Below, in pieces: positions 26,589 to 36,303 of a stretch of 64,000 bases of DNA. Position 1 is the stretch's first letter. The number at the start of each line of letters is the position of its first letter. The notes under the pieces are model-generated. The model was not told the origin of the DNA, made no database searches, and saw nothing but the letters and a program-made list of their open reading frames with translations. Origin of the DNA: an uncultured Gammaproteobacteria bacterium (GTDB lineage: Bacteria > Patescibacteriota > Patescibacteriia > PEXW01); assembly GCA_964486505.1 (NCBI GenBank), contig CAZAMC010000002.1, forward strand, positions 1,656 to 65,655, in the 5' to 3' direction. The translations under genes and the position numbers were made by a program.

Positions 26589-28910
26589 ATGGCTCAACGT
26601 CCGAAAAATCCTGATCAAACTGCGCGCCCGAAAGACGAACCGCAGCCCGCTTCACTGCCCGTGGAACGCGGCCGTCAGACCGAAGGTGGTGCACGGAAAT
26701 CTCGCAGTGGCGACCTCAAGCAAAGTCGGGCACCGCTGAAGCCCGAAACTCGGCAGGGGGTGGCCGTAACGATCCTCGTCGCCGTAGCCATCATTAGCGT
26801 TCTGGGACTTTTTGGTTTAGCCGGAAGTTTTGGCGCGGGCTTTGATAGTGTTCTCCGGTGGCTGTTTGGCTGGGCGCGCTTCGCTTTCCCCATCGTCCTA
26901 GTCGTCTGGTCGAGCTTCCTCTACCGACCGCAGAAGTTCACGCTTCGTCCGGCAAATTACGTTGGCCTCTTCGTGGGGTGGTTTGGCTTTGCCGGACTAC
27001 TTCAGCTCTTCGTGCCGGTGGCCAGCATGGCAGACCGGCTCGGTGACGGAACCGGTGGGGGTGCTTTTGGACTCTTGGTGGCCTGGCCGCTCATGCGCGC
27101 GATGGGCTACGTAGCCAGCACGGTCGTGCTCTTGGCGATGTTTGTGATTGGCCTGCTCATCATGTTCGACACCTCCCTCTCCACCTTGGCGGAGCGGGGG
27201 AACATCTTCAAGCGTTTGCGCTTGCGCTGGTTGCACTTCATCGATCGACTGCACGCCAATCATCCGGTGGAGGAGATTCCACCGCCGCCGCTTGAGACCG
27301 ACGAGGAGCCTACCGAGCCGCCGATTCCCTTTGACGCGAAAGATCTGCCTGACACACCATCAACCGCGACTCCAGCGGCACCGAAGACTGACTTTATCCC
27401 GAAGCCAAAGGTGCGGCGGAAGATTAGCTACGACCTCGGCCTCCTGGACGCTACCGCCTCGAAACCCACGAGCGGAGACATTGTTGCCAACCAGGACAGG
27501 ATTAAAAAAACCCTGGCGAACTTTGGCATTGACGTAGAGATGGTGGATGTGAACGTCGGGCCCACGGTCACGCAGTTCACGCTCCGGCCCGCCGATGGGG
27601 TGAAGCTCAACTCCATAACGAGCCTGCACAACGACCTGGCCTTGGCTTTGGCGGCCCACCCCATTCGTATTGAAGCGCCAATCCCCGGGAAAGCGTTGGT
27701 GGGCATTGAAGTGCCTAACCAGGCCGCCGCCACCGTCCGCCTGGTGGATATTTTGAAGTCCAAGAGCTTTTCCGAACGCCGTTCACCCCTTACGGTTGCC
27801 ATTGGGAAGAGCGTGACCGGCGAATCCTGGACCGCCGATGTGGACCGCATGCCCCACATGCTCATTGCCGGGGCGACGGGTTCCGGGAAGTCCGTGTGTA
27901 TCAATGCTATCCTCCTCTCGCTCCTCTATGAGAACGGTCCGGATGACCTGAAGCTCATCCTGGTGGACCCCAAGCGCGTGGAGCTGACGAACTACAATGG
28001 CATCCCGCACTTGCTCACGCCAGTTATTACCGAGGTGCCGAAGACCATCAATGCCCTCCGCTGGGTGGTGAACGAAATGGATCGGCGGTTCCAGCTGCTC
28101 TCCAGCGTCGGGAAGCGGAATATTCAGGCGTATAACCAGAGCCACCCCGAACCGTTGCCCTACTTGGTGGTGGTCATTGATGAACTCGCCGATCTCATGG
28201 CCGTGGCGGCCCGGGAAGTGGAAGCCGCGATTATCCGCTTGGCTCAAATGGCCCGCGCCGTTGGCATACACCTCATTGTCGCGACGCAACGTCCGTCGGT
28301 GGATGTCATTACGGGGCTCATCAAAGCCAACATCACTACGCGCATTGCCTTTACTGTGGCCTCCGCGATTGACTCGCGAACCATCCTCGATTCGCCGGGC
28401 GCCGAAAAATTGCTCGGCCGGGGTGACATGCTCTTCTCTTCTACCGAACTGTCTAAGCCCAAGCGCTTGCAAGGGTGCTTTGTGACGGATAAGGAAATTG
28501 AACGGGTGGTGGCCGCGCTCTCGCAGCAGGCCAAACCAGAGTACATTGACGACATTGTCACCAAGCCCCAGGGCCTCATTGGCACGAACGGCGGTGTGAT
28601 GGTGGGAGAGCCCCTGGGTGACGAGGGTGACGATGAACTGCTGGAAGAGGCAAAAGATGTCATCCTGCGTGCCCAGAAGGCGTCCGCTTCGTTGCTTCAG
28701 CGCCGGCTGCGTGTGGGGTACGCTCGGGCGGCTCGGTTGCTAGATTTGTTGGAAGAGCAGGGGGTCATTGGCCCTGGCGACGGCGCGAAGCCGCGAGAAG
28801 TGCTGCTCAAACGGGATGTGAATGCCGACATTCCGGTTCCGGATAGTGATGTGGACAGCGCTGACGGTGAAGACAGCGACACGCCCGACGACGCCCAAAG
28901 ATTCGCATGA
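26589..28910 (+). CDS. ftsK: DNA translocase FtsK/SpoIIIE
   Basis: N-terminal TM helices, Pro-rich linker, MLIAGATGSGKSVCINAIL Walker A, IDELADLM, RLAQMARAVGIHLIVATQRPS, C-terminal gamma-like domain. Confidence 0.9.
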   Translation: MAQRPKNPDQTARPKDEPQPASLPVERGRQTEGGARKSRSGDLKQSRAPLKPETRQGVAVTILVAVAIISVLGLFGLAGSFGAGFDSVLRWLFGWARFAFPIVLVVWSSFLYRPQKFTLRPANYVGLFVGWFGFAGLLQLFVPVASMADRLGDGTGGGAFGLLVAWPLMRAMGYVASTVVLLAMFVIGLLIMFDTSLSTLAERGNIFKRLRLRWLHFIDRLHANHPVEEIPPPPLETDEEPTEPPIPFDAKDLPDTPSTATPAAPKTDFIPKPKVRRKISYDLGLLDATASKPTSGDIVANQDRIKKTLANFGIDVEMVDVNVGPTVTQFTLRPADGVKLNSITSLHNDLALALAAHPIRIEAPIPGKALVGIEVPNQAAATVRLVDILKSKSFSERRSPLTVAIGKSVTGESWTADVDRMPHMLIAGATGSGKSVCINAILLSLLYENGPDDLKLILVDPKRVELTNYNGIPHLLTPVITEVPKTINALRWVVNEMDRRFQLLSSVGKRNIQAYNQSHPEPLPYLVVVIDELADLMAVAAREVEAAIIRLAQMARAVGIHLIVATQRPSVDVITGLIKANITTRIAFTVASAIDSRTILDSPGAEKLLGRGDMLFSSTELSKPKRLQGCFVTDKEIERVVAALSQQAKPEYIDDIVTKPQGLIGTNGGVMVGEPLGDEGDDELLEEAKDVILRAQKASASLLQRRLRVGYARAARLLDLLEEQGVIGPGDGAKPREVLLKRDVNADIPVPDSDVDSADGEDSDTPDDAQRFA

Positions 28911-29590
28911 CCGCTTTCGCCCGTCGAGAACTGCCACCAGATACGTTAGGCGAGGCCCTCAAGCAAGTGCGTGAGGACATGGGCCTCACCACAAGTGAAC
29001 TCGCCAGCCGAGCGCGCGTCCAAGAGAAGTACATTGCGGCCATTGAAGCGGGTCGCTACGACCACACCCCCGGCCCGGCTTACGTCCGCGGTTTTTTGCA
29101 AAGCCTTGCTCTGGCGTTAGAACTTTCACCCGACGTTGTCCTCGCTCGGTATGCGGCTGACCCGACCGGCGGCATTGGGGGCGAACGAACCTCCAGCCCA
29201 GGGCCAACCGCGCGGCCACTTGCCCAGCCGCGTTTTACCCATCGCACCATCCGCATCCTCGCCGTCAGTGTGGTAATTCTTGCGGCCCTCATGTACTTTG
29301 GCGTGCAGGTTCGAAACGTGGTTGCACCACCCCCCTTGGATGTCCGCGAGCCGGCGAGCGACGTCATTCTCACCGAGCCCCAGGTTACGCTCGTTGGGAC
29401 ATCGGCGCCGGAGGTGTCGGTGACGGTTAATGACAAGCCTGTGCAAGTGGATCGCAACGGTGCTTTTCAGGTGACCATCGATCTCCAGCCCGGGGTGAAC
29501 ACCCTTGTCGTTACCGCGGCCCGGAAGCGTAGCCGAGAGGCAAAGGTGGTCCGGCGGGTCATTGTCCAGCTGCCGGCTGTGGTACAATGA
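28907..29590 (+). CDS. RodZ-like protein (HTH + TM + DUF4115-like C-terminal domain)
   Basis: XRE-type HTH LGEALKQVREDMGLTTSELAS, TM ILAVSVVILAALMYF, C-terminal VNDKPVQVDRNGAFQVTIDLQPGVNTLVV. Confidence 0.6.
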   Translation: MTAFARRELPPDTLGEALKQVREDMGLTTSELASRARVQEKYIAAIEAGRYDHTPGPAYVRGFLQSLALALELSPDVVLARYAADPTGGIGGERTSSPGPTARPLAQPRFTHRTIRILAVSVVILAALMYFGVQVRNVVAPPPLDVREPASDVILTEPQVTLVGTSAPEVSVTVNDKPVQVDRNGAFQVTIDLQPGVNTLVVTAARKRSREAKVVRRVIVQLPAVVQ

Positions 29591-29643
29591 GTCGACCCCG
29601 CCACCTGGCGGGCGGATAAGAGGCGATTAACCCTACGAAATAT

Positions 29644-30693
29644 ATGCCTAAGCATAAAGCAGCGGAGCCCGCGGCCTTGTCTGGTGACGCCAAGCACAAG
29701 GCGGCGGCCCAAGCCATTGCCAACATTCAGGATCGCTTCGGCGAAGGAGCCATTATGACCCTGGCCAAGCAAACCGTGCAGAAGGTTGAAGCCGTTCCTA
29801 CCGGCTGCCTGTCCTTAGACCTCGCCCTGGGCGTGGGCGGAGTGCCTCGGGGCCGCGTTATTGAGATCTTCGGACCCGAAGCCTCGGGGAAGACCACGCT
29901 GACGCTGCACGTCATTGCCCAGGTGCAGAAGGAAGGCGGGATTGCCGCATTTGTCGACGCCGAGCACGCGCTGGATCCGGACTACGCCCGCAAAGTGGGT
30001 GTGAATGTGGATGAGTTGCTCATTTCTCAGCCGGATAACGGTGAGCAAGCGCTAGAAATCGTGGAAACGCTGGTGCGTAGCAATGGCGTAGACGTCATAG
30101 TCGTGGACTCGGTAGCTGCGCTCACCCCGAAGGCCGAAATTGAAGGCGAGATGGGGGACTCGCACATGGGCTTACAGGCTCGGCTCATGAGCCAGGCCCT
30201 GCGCAAGCTTACGGCCATCATCGCCAAGACCAAGACCGTGGTCATCTTCATCAACCAGACCCGCATGAAGATTGGCATCATGTTCGGCAATCCCGAAACC
30301 ACCACCGGCGGCATGGCTCTGAAGTTCTACTCCTCGGTCCGCATTGACGTCCGGCGTATTGCTCAGTTGAAGAGCGGGGAAGCAATCGTTGGCAACCGCG
30401 TGAAAGCCAAGATTGTGAAGAACAAAGTGGCCCCGCCGTTCCGCACGGCCGAGTTCGATATCATGTACGCCGAAGGCATTTCCGCCACGGCCGACCTCGT
30501 GGACCTCGGGCTGGCCCTGGGCGTGCTGGAGAAGACCGGCAACACGGTGAGCTTTGGGGAAATCAAGATCGGTGTCGGTCGTGAACAGGCCAAGACCTAT
30601 CTGAAGGAGAATCCGAAAGTCGCCAAAGAGCTCCGCACCGCCATTGAGAAGCGGGTGAAGGAGAAGGAATTGGAAGATAAGAAGGCAAGTTAA
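29644..30693 (+). CDS. recA: recombinase RecA
   Basis: [13 protein letters not shown] Walker [31 protein letters not shown]. Confidence 0.95.
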   Translation: MPKHKAAEPAALSGDAKHKAAAQAIANIQDRFGEGAIMTLAKQTVQKVEAVPTGCLSLDLALGVGGVPRGRVIEIFGPEASGKTTLTLHVIAQVQKEGGIAAFVDAEHALDPDYARKVGVNVDELLISQPDNGEQALEIVETLVRSNGVDVIVVDSVAALTPKAEIEGEMGDSHMGLQARLMSQALRKLTAIIAKTKTVVIFINQTRMKIGIMFGNPETTTGGMALKFYSSVRIDVRRIAQLKSGEAIVGNRVKAKIVKNKVAPPFRTAEFDIMYAEGISATADLVDLGLALGVLEKTGNTVSFGEIKIGVGREQAKTYLKENPKVAKELRTAIEKRVKEKELEDKKAS

Positions 30694-30710
30694 TAACTCT
30701 CTACGTAGAT

Positions 30711-30742
30711 ATCGAACGCGTCCACAGAAAGGCGCGTTCGAT
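30711..30742. other. perfect 10-bp inverted repeat ATCGAACGCG-N12-CGCGTTCGAT 18 nt after the recA stop
   Basis: Seen directly; not followed by a T-run. Confidence 0.5.
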
Positions 30743-30797
30743 TGATTGCCAAGACGTTTCTCCTGATTGTGGCCGTTGCCATGGGGGGGCGCTCGAC

Positions 30798-30980
30798 ATG
30801 CTTGACACCTCCGAAGGCACGGGCACGAAAGCGTTGCAGCTTATGCTCATGGGCATTGGTTTGATAGTCTTGGCCTGGGGGCTCCTTCGTAGAAGGCAAA
30901 AGTCCAATAATTTGCACGAGTGTCGCAAGCCGAGCTTCGATGAAAGCGCGGCTTTTTCTAAATCAGTTCTTCTTTGTTGA
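30798..30980 (+). CDS. possible small membrane protein (60 aa)
   Basis: One TM segment LMLMGIGLIVLAWGLL followed by RRRQK; in a lower-GC spacer; could be spurious. Confidence 0.25.
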   Translation: MLDTSEGTGTKALQLMLMGIGLIVLAWGLLRRRQKSNNLHECRKPSFDESAAFSKSVLLC

Positions 30981-31046
30981 CAAGTGGAAGGGCTGTGTTA
31001 AGGTAGCCAAAAATCAAAAAGGAGGTGGAACATTTCCAATCATAAG

Positions 31047-31691
31047 ATGTCACTGGATAGCAGAGAGCCTACGAGCGAGATTGCTCAAGACGTCAGTTGT
31101 ATAAATGGTTCGCGTTGGCGTATTGCTCTTGACATGCAGGGCCTCCGTGATTTTTTCGGAAGAGGAGGCAAGAGCCAACATGCTTTCTACATCGACTTGG
31201 CCTCAACCAAGCATTGGTTGATGCTCGGCAGTTACCGTCCAGGGCAGCGGGTGATTACGCTCTATCCCGCCACACTCCGCGTCTTTCGCGTTTACAGCGC
31301 GACAACGGAAGATGCGCAACATTCCGTTGCGAACCTACTTGCACATGAGCTCGCCCATGCTACAACACCAAGATGGGCCCTGAATGTTGAGCGAGCTATT
31401 ATCGCGGGCGCGATGCTTCTGTTCATTGCCGTCGGACAGTTTGTCTGGTATCGCAGCGCCGAGTACTACCATTTTCCATTTTGGTACATTGTTGCATTCC
31501 TGCTCCCTTTGCAGCTCTGGAGTGTCCTGTCCTTAGGATGGATCTGGTATCGGTACTGCTCGTTCCAGGAGTGGCGTGCTGACGCGTGCGCCAAGAGCTG
31601 GTGTGCTGACCCTGCCTTCCTTGATTGCGTGCGTGTGTCATGTCTACAGCAATCTGCACCGACCCTTTTGCAAAATCCCCCAAGTAATTGA
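31047..31691 (+). CDS. hypothetical HExxH-motif membrane protein (putative zinc metallopeptidase-like)
   Basis: LLAHELAHATT followed by TM helices; lower GC than surroundings; upstream TTGACA and AGGAGGTG (19 nt from ATG). Confidence 0.5.
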   Translation: MSLDSREPTSEIAQDVSCINGSRWRIALDMQGLRDFFGRGGKSQHAFYIDLASTKHWLMLGSYRPGQRVITLYPATLRVFRVYSATTEDAQHSVANLLAHELAHATTPRWALNVERAIIAGAMLLFIAVGQFVWYRSAEYYHFPFWYIVAFLLPLQLWSVLSLGWIWYRYCSFQEWRADACAKSWCADPAFLDCVRVSCLQQSAPTLLQNPPSN

Positions 31692-31711
31692 GGGATTTTT
31701 TATGTGTGTGA

Positions 31712-32281
31712 TTACTCTCCTGCTCGGGCGCTGTACTCGCCGGTTTCGGTGTTCACCAGGATTTTCTCGCCTTGCTTGATAAACATTGGGGCCCTCACTT
31801 CCAAACCGTTGTCCAGTTTGATGGTCTTGCTCGTGTTGGTGGCGGTGTCACCACGAACTGCATCTGGAGCTTCCACTACCGTGAATTCAACCTTCTTGGG
31901 GATCTGGATTGTCACCGGCCGGCCTTCGTAGTTCAGCACCTGGACTTCCAGGCCTTCCTTCAGGTACTTCGCCTGGTCGCCGAGCTGGTCATTGGACAGG
32001 AAGAACTGGTCGTAGGTGGTCTGGTCCATGAAGTAGTGCTCGCCATTCTGGACGTAGAGGTAGCTGGCTTTATTGCGTTCGAGGTCAGCTTCCTGGATTT
32101 TGTCATCGGGTTTGAACGTGAGCTCCAGCACGCGACCGGAAATGAGGTTGCGTAGCTTGGTGCGCATGACCGGCTTACGCATGGCGGTGCGCATGAAGTC
32201 AGACCACAGAACGACATAGGGTTCCTTCTCGTGGGTAATGGCGACCCCCACGCGGAGGTCATTCATCGTGAGCATGGACAT
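31712..32281 (-). CDS. efp: elongation factor P
   Basis: MNDLRVGVAI..PYVVL...KPGKG..MRTKLRNLISGRV collinear with EF-P, 189 aa. Confidence 0.9.
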   Translation of the reverse strand: MSMLTMNDLRVGVAITHEKEPYVVLWSDFMRTAMRKPVMRTKLRNLISGRVLELTFKPDDKIQEADLERNKASYLYVQNGEHYFMDQTTYDQFFLSNDQLGDQAKYLKEGLEVQVLNYEGRPVTIQIPKKVEFTVVEAPDAVRGDTATNTSKTIKLDNGLEVRAPMFIKQGEKILVNTETGEYSARAGE

Positions 32282-32354
32282 AGGCGCGGCAAATGAAAAG
32301 CGGAAGTCTTTGCAGAGCTTCCGCTTCGCGGAAACTCAAAGTTGGAAGCAGGAA

Positions 32355-32606
32355 TTACTTGGGCGTGTACCCCACCAGCGCCATAAACCGAGCCCGTTTG
32401 ATTGCTTCGGCGAGCATCCGCTGGTGGCGCATGCACAGGCCGGTGCGGCGGCGGGGGAGGATCTTGGAATACGAAGAAACAAACTTCTGGAAGCCGCGGG
32501 TTTCCTTGTAGTCAATGGTTTTTGTGCCAATGACGCAGTAGTGGCACTGCTTGGGTGTCGGAGCGGGAGCTTGCTTCTGGCGCTGGCGCATCAAGGGCAT
32601 GGGCAA
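32355..32606 (-). CDS. rpsR: 30S ribosomal protein S18
   Basis: CHYC..IDYKE..FVSSYSKILPRRRTGLCMRHQR.LAEAIKRARFMAL. Confidence 0.85.
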   Translation of the reverse strand: MPMPLMRQRQKQAPAPTPKQCHYCVIGTKTIDYKETRGFQKFVSSYSKILPRRRTGLCMRHQRMLAEAIKRARFMALVGYTPK

Positions 32607-32612
32607 CAGGGT

Positions 32613-33032
32613 TTAGAAAGGGATATCGTCAACGTTCACTTCTGGCTCGGCCGCCGGTGCTTCCGGTGCGGGTGCTTCTGCCGCGGGGCCGGCAGTGCCG
32701 GGCTTGCGATCCAGGATAATGACGTTCTCGGCAACAATTTCGGTGCGGTACTTCTTCTGGCCGCTGGGGTCGTCCCAGGAACGGGTTTGCAGGCGGCCTT
32801 CCACGAATACCTTCGTACCCTTCTTAATATAGGCGCCAATTATTTCGGCGAGTTTGCGCCAGGCAACAACGCTGTGGAATTCTACTTGCTCTTTCTTCTG
32901 GCCGCTGGGGTCGGTCCAGGTGCGGTTCGTTGCAACACTGAAAAGCGCTACCTGCTGCCCACCCCCGGTGGTGCGCACGTCAGGATCGCGGGTGACATTG
33001 CCGATTACCATTGCTTTGTTGAGGTTCATCAT
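32613..33032 (-). CDS. ssb: single-stranded DNA-binding protein
   Basis: OB-fold N-terminus MMNLNKAMVIGNVTRDPDVR, Pro/Ala-rich linker, acidic tail ending DDIPF. Confidence 0.9.
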   Translation of the reverse strand: MMNLNKAMVIGNVTRDPDVRTTGGGQQVALFSVATNRTWTDPSGQKKEQVEFHSVVAWRKLAEIIGAYIKKGTKVFVEGRLQTRSWDDPSGQKKYRTEIVAENVIILDRKPGTAGPAAEAPAPEAPAAEPEVNVDDIPF

Positions 33033-33056
33033 AGGTTTACGTTCTTACACGGAGAG

Positions 33057-33560
33057 TTACTTAGCAATGTCCTCGTCGAGAATCTCGTCGATTTTCTTAT
33101 CAATATCTTCTAGCGTGAGCGGCGCTTCTTCCTTACGCGTGGGGGATTCGGCTTCCGCGGTGCGTTGCTCAGCTTCACGCTCTTGGCGAGCGGCTGCTTC
33201 CTCGCGTGACTTCCGGGCCTGGATCTTCTCCTGGATGCGGACTTCCTCTTCCAGTTCCTTGGCAGTCTTGAGCTTCGTCTTGACGGTCAAAAACCGCACA
33301 ATGTCGTTGCGGAGGGAAAGGTTGCGCTCAACACCCTGCAGGGCTTTGCCGTCCAGGTTAAAATCCAGGGCGACGTACGTCCCGAAGCGCTGCTTCTTTA
33401 CCGGGTAGGCGAGCTTGCGTTTGCCAATAACCGAGGTATTCAGCACTTCGCCACCAGCAGTGGCGACGGTGTCCCGAATGGTGTTGAGGATGTCCTGAGC
33501 GGCCTCTGGAGAGTGCTCGGCACCGACAATAGCGAGGAGTTCGTAGTGAAGCGTAGGCAT
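33057..33560 (-). CDS. rpsF: 30S ribosomal protein S6 with charged C-terminal extension
   Basis: MPTLHYELLAIV start typical of S6, in an rpsF-ssb-rpsR operon; Glu/Lys/Arg-rich tail. Confidence 0.8.
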   Translation of the reverse strand: MPTLHYELLAIVGAEHSPEAAQDILNTIRDTVATAGGEVLNTSVIGKRKLAYPVKKQRFGTYVALDFNLDGKALQGVERNLSLRNDIVRFLTVKTKLKTAKELEEEVRIQEKIQARKSREEAAARQEREAEQRTAEAESPTRKEEAPLTLEDIDKKIDEILDEDIAK

Positions 33561-33689
33561 GACAAAAGTCCCGAAAAAGTAGGTGGAGCGTACCACCGGG
33601 TCGTCCAGGCGTCAAGAGCCAGAGGGCCAGGCTTGCTCGGGTCTGCCAAACCCTTCGCGGACACCACAGCGACTTGCTACACTGCAGGC

Positions 33690-34931
33690 ATGGAACTGGG
33701 TTCAGCAATTGCACTCTTCGGTCGGGAGCCAACGCTTTCGGCGTGGGAATTGGTACGGCTGCTTAAGGTCCAAACGTTACCACTGCTTACTCGGGAGCTC
33801 GCCGTCTTCCCAAAGCCTGCAGGCCTGACGCTCGCCGCGCTCCAGCAGCGCAGTGGCGGCTTGGTGAAGGTGGGCACGGTCCACGGTACGGTTCGTGATC
33901 TCGCCGAACTTGAGCATGTCCTGGAGAAACGATGGCCCGACCTCATCCCAGCCGGCAGTACCGCCCGGGTGGCCTTTGGCGGGAGCGCGTACGATGCTGG
34001 CCAGGCGGTGAGCCGGTCACTCCGCAAGGACCTCACCGAACTCCTCCAGCGTCTGAAGCACAGTCTGGTGGCGCAGGGCCGAGCGGCTCGGCTCGTGACA
34101 TCGCGGGAGCCCACCCTGTCCGCTGCCGCGCTGACACAGGGGAAGATTCTGGATCGTGGTTTTGAATTGCTCGTGCTCGCCACGCCCTCGGGTTTGCTGT
34201 GGGGCACCACGGTGGCCATGCAAGATATCGCCGCCTACGGTAAACGGGACGTTGGTCGCCCGGCCCGTGATCGCGTATCCGGTATGCTCCCGCCCAAGGT
34301 TGCGCAGGCCATGGTGAATCTGGCGCAGCCCGGCGAGTCAGCAACACTCCTCGACCCCTTCTGTGGCTCCGGTACAATCTTGCAGGAAGCGGCGCTGCTG
34401 GGCATACGCACACTGTGGGGTGCTGACGTGAGTGGCAAGGCCGTGGCCGACACAGAAGAAAACATGGCGTGGTTGGCTCGCCACTTGCCCGCGCTTGCCG
34501 ACGCAGACGTGCGTGTGCAGCTTGGTGATGCGAAAGACAGCGCAAACGTGTGGGGCGCGAACACCGCAGACGTGATTGTGACTGAACCGTACCTTGGCCC
34601 GCCTCAACGGGGCACCCCCCAGGGCCGGGTGCTCCTGCCCCTGGTTTCTGCCCTTAGCCGGCAGTACGGCGTGTGGCTCCACGCCCTGGCCCGGGTCCTC
34701 AAACCGCAGGGGTGCGTGGTCATGGTCTGGCCGTTTTTCCGGGTGGAACCCCGCGGGTACTTCCTGCAGCTCCAGCAGGAAGCGCACAGTGCCGGCTTCA
34801 CGGTGGAGGCGCCACCCGAGCAGCTCCTGCAGCAGTCGTGGTTCCGGTCTACCCCGCGGGGGAGCGTTCTCTACAGCCGGCCGGACCAAATTGTGGGGCG
34901 GGAGATTGTCGTCTTGCACAAACGTGCGTAA
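33690..34931 (+). CDS. class I SAM-dependent methyltransferase (N6-A/N2-G type; putative RNA methyltransferase)
   Basis: LLDPFCGSGT (motif I) and VTEPYLGPP (D/N-PPY-like motif IV); start chosen at MELGS to avoid antisense overlap with rpsF. Confidence 0.6.
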   Translation: MELGSAIALFGREPTLSAWELVRLLKVQTLPLLTRELAVFPKPAGLTLAALQQRSGGLVKVGTVHGTVRDLAELEHVLEKRWPDLIPAGSTARVAFGGSAYDAGQAVSRSLRKDLTELLQRLKHSLVAQGRAARLVTSREPTLSAAALTQGKILDRGFELLVLATPSGLLWGTTVAMQDIAAYGKRDVGRPARDRVSGMLPPKVAQAMVNLAQPGESATLLDPFCGSGTILQEAALLGIRTLWGADVSGKAVADTEENMAWLARHLPALADADVRVQLGDAKDSANVWGANTADVIVTEPYLGPPQRGTPQGRVLLPLVSALSRQYGVWLHALARVLKPQGCVVMVWPFFRVEPRGYFLQLQQEAHSAGFTVEAPPEQLLQQSWFRSTPRGSVLYSRPDQIVGREIVVLHKRA

Positions 34932-35895
34932 GCTTTTCGTCACTGTTTGTATTGGCATATTCTTCCCCCTCAGCGCTACCCAGGCGTATACGGTTGTTTT
35001 TGGTGGGGACGTTATGCTTGGGCGGGCCGTACGGGATCAGATTGTCCGGCGAGGGAGCAATAGTCCCGCTTGGGTCCTTTTGAATGTCGCGGAGGTCTTC
35101 CAGAAGGCCGACCTCGCCTTCGTTAACCTTGAGGCGCCATTTCAAACTGGACCCAACCCTGAGTACAATCTTATTTTTCGGGCTTCGCCCGAACACGTGA
35201 GTGCCCTTACGAGTGCCGGTATCGACGTTGTATCTTTTGCCAATAACCACAGCCGCAACCAAGGCGCGGCGGGGATTCGAACGACCTTGGACCTTTTGGG
35301 GAAGCGCCGTATTGCCGTGGCGGGCGCGGGGCTCACATCAAAACAGGCTTACGCCCCGCAGTACCTACGGGCTGCGTCACAGCCGGTGGCGGTGCTGGCG
35401 TACACCTACAGCGAGCGGACGCTGACTAAGGATAGTGCGCAGCCGACAATTGCCGCACTCGATACCACGGTTATGCAGGCCGAGGTTCACAAGGCTGTGC
35501 GGCGTGGTGCGTTTGTCATTGTGTCGATGCACGCGGGCGCAGAGTACACACGTACGCCCAATCGCCAACAGGTGGCATTTGCTCACGACGCTATTGATGC
35601 CGGCGCCGGGCTGGTGGTTGGCCATCACCCCCATTGGGCGCAGAATGTAGAGACCTACAGAGGCCGCCCGATTCTTTACTCCCTCGGTAACTTGGTCTTT
35701 GACCAAGGCTGGTCAGCTGAGACGCAGCAGGGGGCAGTCGCCGTGGCTCAAGTCGAGAACCGTCGGGTTGTTCGTCTGCAGCTTCGGCCCGTGAAGATTG
35801 AGCACTACGCCCAGCCTCGCTGGATGACCCCTGCAGAAGCCGCAGCCTTCTTCAGGCGGACCGGGCTTTCCAGCCGGCCGTACACGTACCAATAA
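34924..35895 (+). CDS. CapA/PgsA-family metallophosphatase-like protein, secreted
   Basis: GTG start, signal peptide KLFVTVCIGIFFPLSATQA, then VVFGGDVMLGR; ANNHSRNQG; VSMHAGAEY; VVGHHPH. Confidence 0.7.
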   Translation: MRKLFVTVCIGIFFPLSATQAYTVVFGGDVMLGRAVRDQIVRRGSNSPAWVLLNVAEVFQKADLAFVNLEAPFQTGPNPEYNLIFRASPEHVSALTSAGIDVVSFANNHSRNQGAAGIRTTLDLLGKRRIAVAGAGLTSKQAYAPQYLRAASQPVAVLAYTYSERTLTKDSAQPTIAALDTTVMQAEVHKAVRRGAFVIVSMHAGAEYTRTPNRQQVAFAHDAIDAGAGLVVGHHPHWAQNVETYRGRPILYSLGNLVFDQGWSAETQQGAVAVAQVENRRVVRLQLRPVKIEHYAQPRWMTPAEAAAFFRRTGLSSRPYTYQ

Positions 35896-36303
35896 GAAAG
35901 CGCCGGGTCCTCGGAACCGGCGCTGAATGTGTTCGTACGAAGCTGTGCAGGGAAGCCTGCGGCCTATGCAGCATCACGCGGTTTACCGCGCGTGCTGAGA
36001 TGCGGATCACCTCCTCTCAGCCAATGGGGGGATTGGTTGGCCGTCCCGCTAGTGCGAGAGGCCGAGGGGTAGGAAGGAGATTGAATTCTCCGGGGCAAGC
36101 GTCGAAGCGCTGCCTGGGTGCCTGGGTTATAGCGGGATTCCGCGAAAGCCGCCTCCTTCTTCTCCGCAAGGGAGGGTAAGTGGTTTTCGGTACACCCAGC
36201 ATCGTGCTGGGGGTTATGGAAACGAACCGTTTCCTTTTCTCCAGTGTAACGCAAAAACCTACTCCTCGGGGAGTAGCGCGTCAAGGGCCGGAGAATTTTT
36301 CGG
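35896..36303. other. 408-bp ORF-poor spacer between convergent genes; candidate structured ncRNA locus of unknown identity
   Basis: Only Arg/Pro/Ser-rich pseudo-ORFs; multiple hairpins, e.g. GCGCCGG..CCGGCGC 35901-35924 and GCTGAGA-loop(TGCGGATCACCTCC)-TCTCAGC 35994-36021. Confidence 0.3.

Noticed and set aside
33513-33689. Upstream extension of the methyltransferase ORF
   Set aside because: It would overlap rpsF on the opposite strand by ~80 nt. The internal ATG at 33690 avoids the overlap and begins the conserved region.
36004-36015. 16S rRNA 3'-end fragment (GGATCACCTCCT)
   Set aside because: Only a 12-nt identity with no flanking rRNA similarity. It is probably chance or a functional anti-SD-like loop, not an rRNA gene.
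35896-36303. Specific call of RNase P RNA or tmRNA for the spacer
   Set aside because: I could not locate the universally conserved P4/CR-I/CR-V sequences (GGAAAGUCCGG.., ACAGAA.CCGGCUUA) or a tmRNA tag ORF plus tRNA-like 3' end by eye. It is left as an unidentified candidate.
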